Source of the DNA: Candidatus Latescibacterota bacterium
GTDB lineage: Bacteria > Latescibacterota > UBA2968 > UBA8231
Direction of reading: 5' to 3'
Assembly: GCA_965221775.1 (NCBI GenBank)
Contig: CBDCSU010000006.1
Coordinates: 2,112,001-2,176,000, forward strand
Length of the DNA: 64,000 nucleotides
Shown: positions 62,375-64,000 of the stretch, one piece after another
Layout: every line of letters begins with the position of its first letter
Position numbering within the stretch: position 1 is the stretch's first letter
Position numbers and translations under genes: made by a program
The notes under the pieces: generated by a model
Databases searched by the model: none
The model's input: the letters and a program-made list of their open reading frames with translations, nothing else
What the model was told of the DNA's origin: nothing

Positions 62375-63565
62375 ATGCCCGACGACCGCGAAATGAGGCT
62401 GGCGGTGGTGGCCACCATCTACCGCTACCTGTCCCACGCCCAGCACTTCGCCGACCGCTTTCTCGTGGGTTACCCGTACGAGGGCGAGTGGCGGCGGTCG
62501 CCCGGGCGGATCGTGTCGCTCTTCGTCGATCAGAGTCCCGAGGGCGATCAGGCCGTGGACCGGGGGCGGGAGTTCGGCTTCGAGGTCTACCCAACGGTGG
62601 CCGAGGCCCTGCGCTGCGGCGGCGGCGAGTTGGCCGTGGACGGCGTGCTGCTCATCGGCGAGCACGGGGAGTACCCGGACAACGAGTTGGGGCAGAAGCT
62701 CTACCCGAGGTACGAGCTGTTCAAGGAGTGCGTTGCCGTCTTCGAGGCCGACGGGCGGGCGGTGCCGGTCTACAACGACAAGCACCTCTCCTACAGCTTC
62801 GACTATGCCCGGGAGATGGTGGACGACGGGCGCCGCCTTGGCTTCCCCATCCTGGCCGGGTCGTCGCTGCCGGTTACATGGAGGCTCCCGGACCTGGAGC
62901 TTCCGTACGGCACCGGCATCGAGGAGGCGCTGATGATCGGCGTCGGCGGCTCCGACGCCATGGACTACCACGCTCTCGAGGCGATGCAGTGCATGATCGA
63001 GCGCCGCCGGGGCGGCGAGACCGGCGTCGCCGCGGTGCAGATGATCGAGGGGGACGAGGTCTGGGAGGCCGGCCGCGAGGGCCGCTGGTCGATGCGGCTG
63101 CTGGAGGCGGCCCTGTCGCGCTCGGACAGCCCCCGGGGCGCGACGCTGGAGGACGGCCGCACCCAGGACCTGCTCGCCTCGGGCGAGATCGAGCGCCTCG
63201 TCGAGGCACCCGCCGCCTATCTGCTGGAGTTCCGCGACGGCCTGCGGGCGACGCTGCTGATGGTCAACGGCGCCGTGGGCGACTACTGCTTCGCCGCGCG
63301 CCTGGAGGGGGAGGCCGACCCGGTGTCGTGCCAGTTCCTGCTGACGCCGACGCCGAACGTCACCTACTCGGCCTGCCTGGTGGCCAAGATCGACGAGATG
63401 CTGGCCACCGGGGCGGCGCCCTTCCCGGCGGAACGGACGCTGATCGTCTGCGGGATTCTGGAGAGCTGCCTGCGCTCCCGGCACGCGGGAAACCGGCGCC
63501 TGGAGACGCCCCACCTCGACGTCGAGTACCTCGCCCCCGAGGCCTCCCACCACGCCCACAGGTAG
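62375..63565 (+). CDS. Uncharacterised Gfo/Idh/MocA-like oxidoreductase-fold protein (paralog 2)
   Basis: Full-length homology to 61164-62366; start MPDDREMRLAVV. Confidence 0.75.
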   Translation: MPDDREMRLAVVATIYRYLSHAQHFADRFLVGYPYEGEWRRSPGRIVSLFVDQSPEGDQAVDRGREFGFEVYPTVAEALRCGGGELAVDGVLLIGEHGEYPDNELGQKLYPRYELFKECVAVFEADGRAVPVYNDKHLSYSFDYAREMVDDGRRLGFPILAGSSLPVTWRLPDLELPYGTGIEEALMIGVGGSDAMDYHALEAMQCMIERRRGGETGVAAVQMIEGDEVWEAGREGRWSMRLLEAALSRSDSPRGATLEDGRTQDLLASGEIERLVEAPAAYLLEFRDGLRATLLMVNGAVGDYCFAARLEGEADPVSCQFLLTPTPNVTYSACLVAKIDEMLATGAAPFPAERTLIVCGILESCLRSRHAGNRRLETPHLDVEYLAPEASHHAHR

Positions 63566-63685
63566 GCGGGCGCGCCGCCAAGGCGCGCCGCTCGCGTTCA
63601 TCGGGGGCCTGGCGCCACGAGGCGCCCTGTAGCGCCCCGGCCGCTGACTCCGCCGCCGGCCGCGTATCCCGCCGCCAGGCGCGGG

Positions 63686-64000
63686 TTACACGTCCGCCTG
63701 CGTCCAGTCTCCGTCGATCAGGCGCCAGACGCCGCCGGGGTTCTCGTCGCGCAGCTCCACCGGCAGGCGGTGGGGGCGCACCTCGTCGTAGCAGCAGAGC
63801 ATGGCGAAGCGCAGCATGGAGGCGGGAATTCCGACGGCGGTGAAGCCGGGGTGTCCCGTGGCCGGGTACGGTCCGCCGTGGTTCATGGAGGGCACCACCG
63901 CCACGCCGGTGGGCATCTTGTCGTTGAGGAGGCGCCCCACCCGCCGCCGCAGGGCCGGCGCGATGCGCTCGTAGGCGTCGTCGTCGGAGCCGCCCGTGTC
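63686..64000 (-). CDS. C-terminus of an aldehyde dehydrogenase (alpha-ketoglutaric semialdehyde DH-like); starts beyond the window
   Basis: GRLL...PTGVAVVPSMNHGGPYPAT...FTAVG...LRF. Confidence 0.85.
   Translation of the reverse strand, partial: DTGGSDDDAYERIAPALRRRVGRLLNDKMPTGVAVVPSMNHGGPYPATGHPGFTAVGIPASMLRFAMLCCYDEVRPHRLPVELRDENPGGVWRLIDGDWTQADV

Overview
GC-rich bacterial chromosomal window. Gene content (sulfatase, BNR sialidase-like, PhyH dioxygenase, TPR membrane proteins, relic FlgD/T9SS-like tail) suggests an FCB-group host such as Latescibacterota/Gemmatimonadota; this is inference only. The dominant structure is a ~28 kb minus-strand array (19799-48118) of 11 paralogous ~800-aa MacB/FtsX-type ABC permeases with one ABC ATPase and one CBM9-like gene inside it. 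Six of the permeases are joined by a conserved ~30-bp hairpin+RBS spacer and show mosaic homogenised ends and hypervariable periplasmic loops. The array and a separate adaptor (MFP)+ATPase operon (12721-10603) each have a sigma54 -24/-12 promoter and a matching TGT-N10-ACA enhancer about 90 bp upstream. An NtrC-family regulator and histidine kinase sit divergent from the adaptor, so one two-component system probably controls a shared-adaptor, many-permease exporter repertoire. Flanks hold two TMTC-like TPR membrane paralogs (one frameshifted), a class A beta-lactamase-like hydrolase, an EndoQ-UvrD fusion, a divergent transketolase, a RelE/HigA-type TA pair and several gene relics. All calls come from motif recognition by eye; no searches were run.
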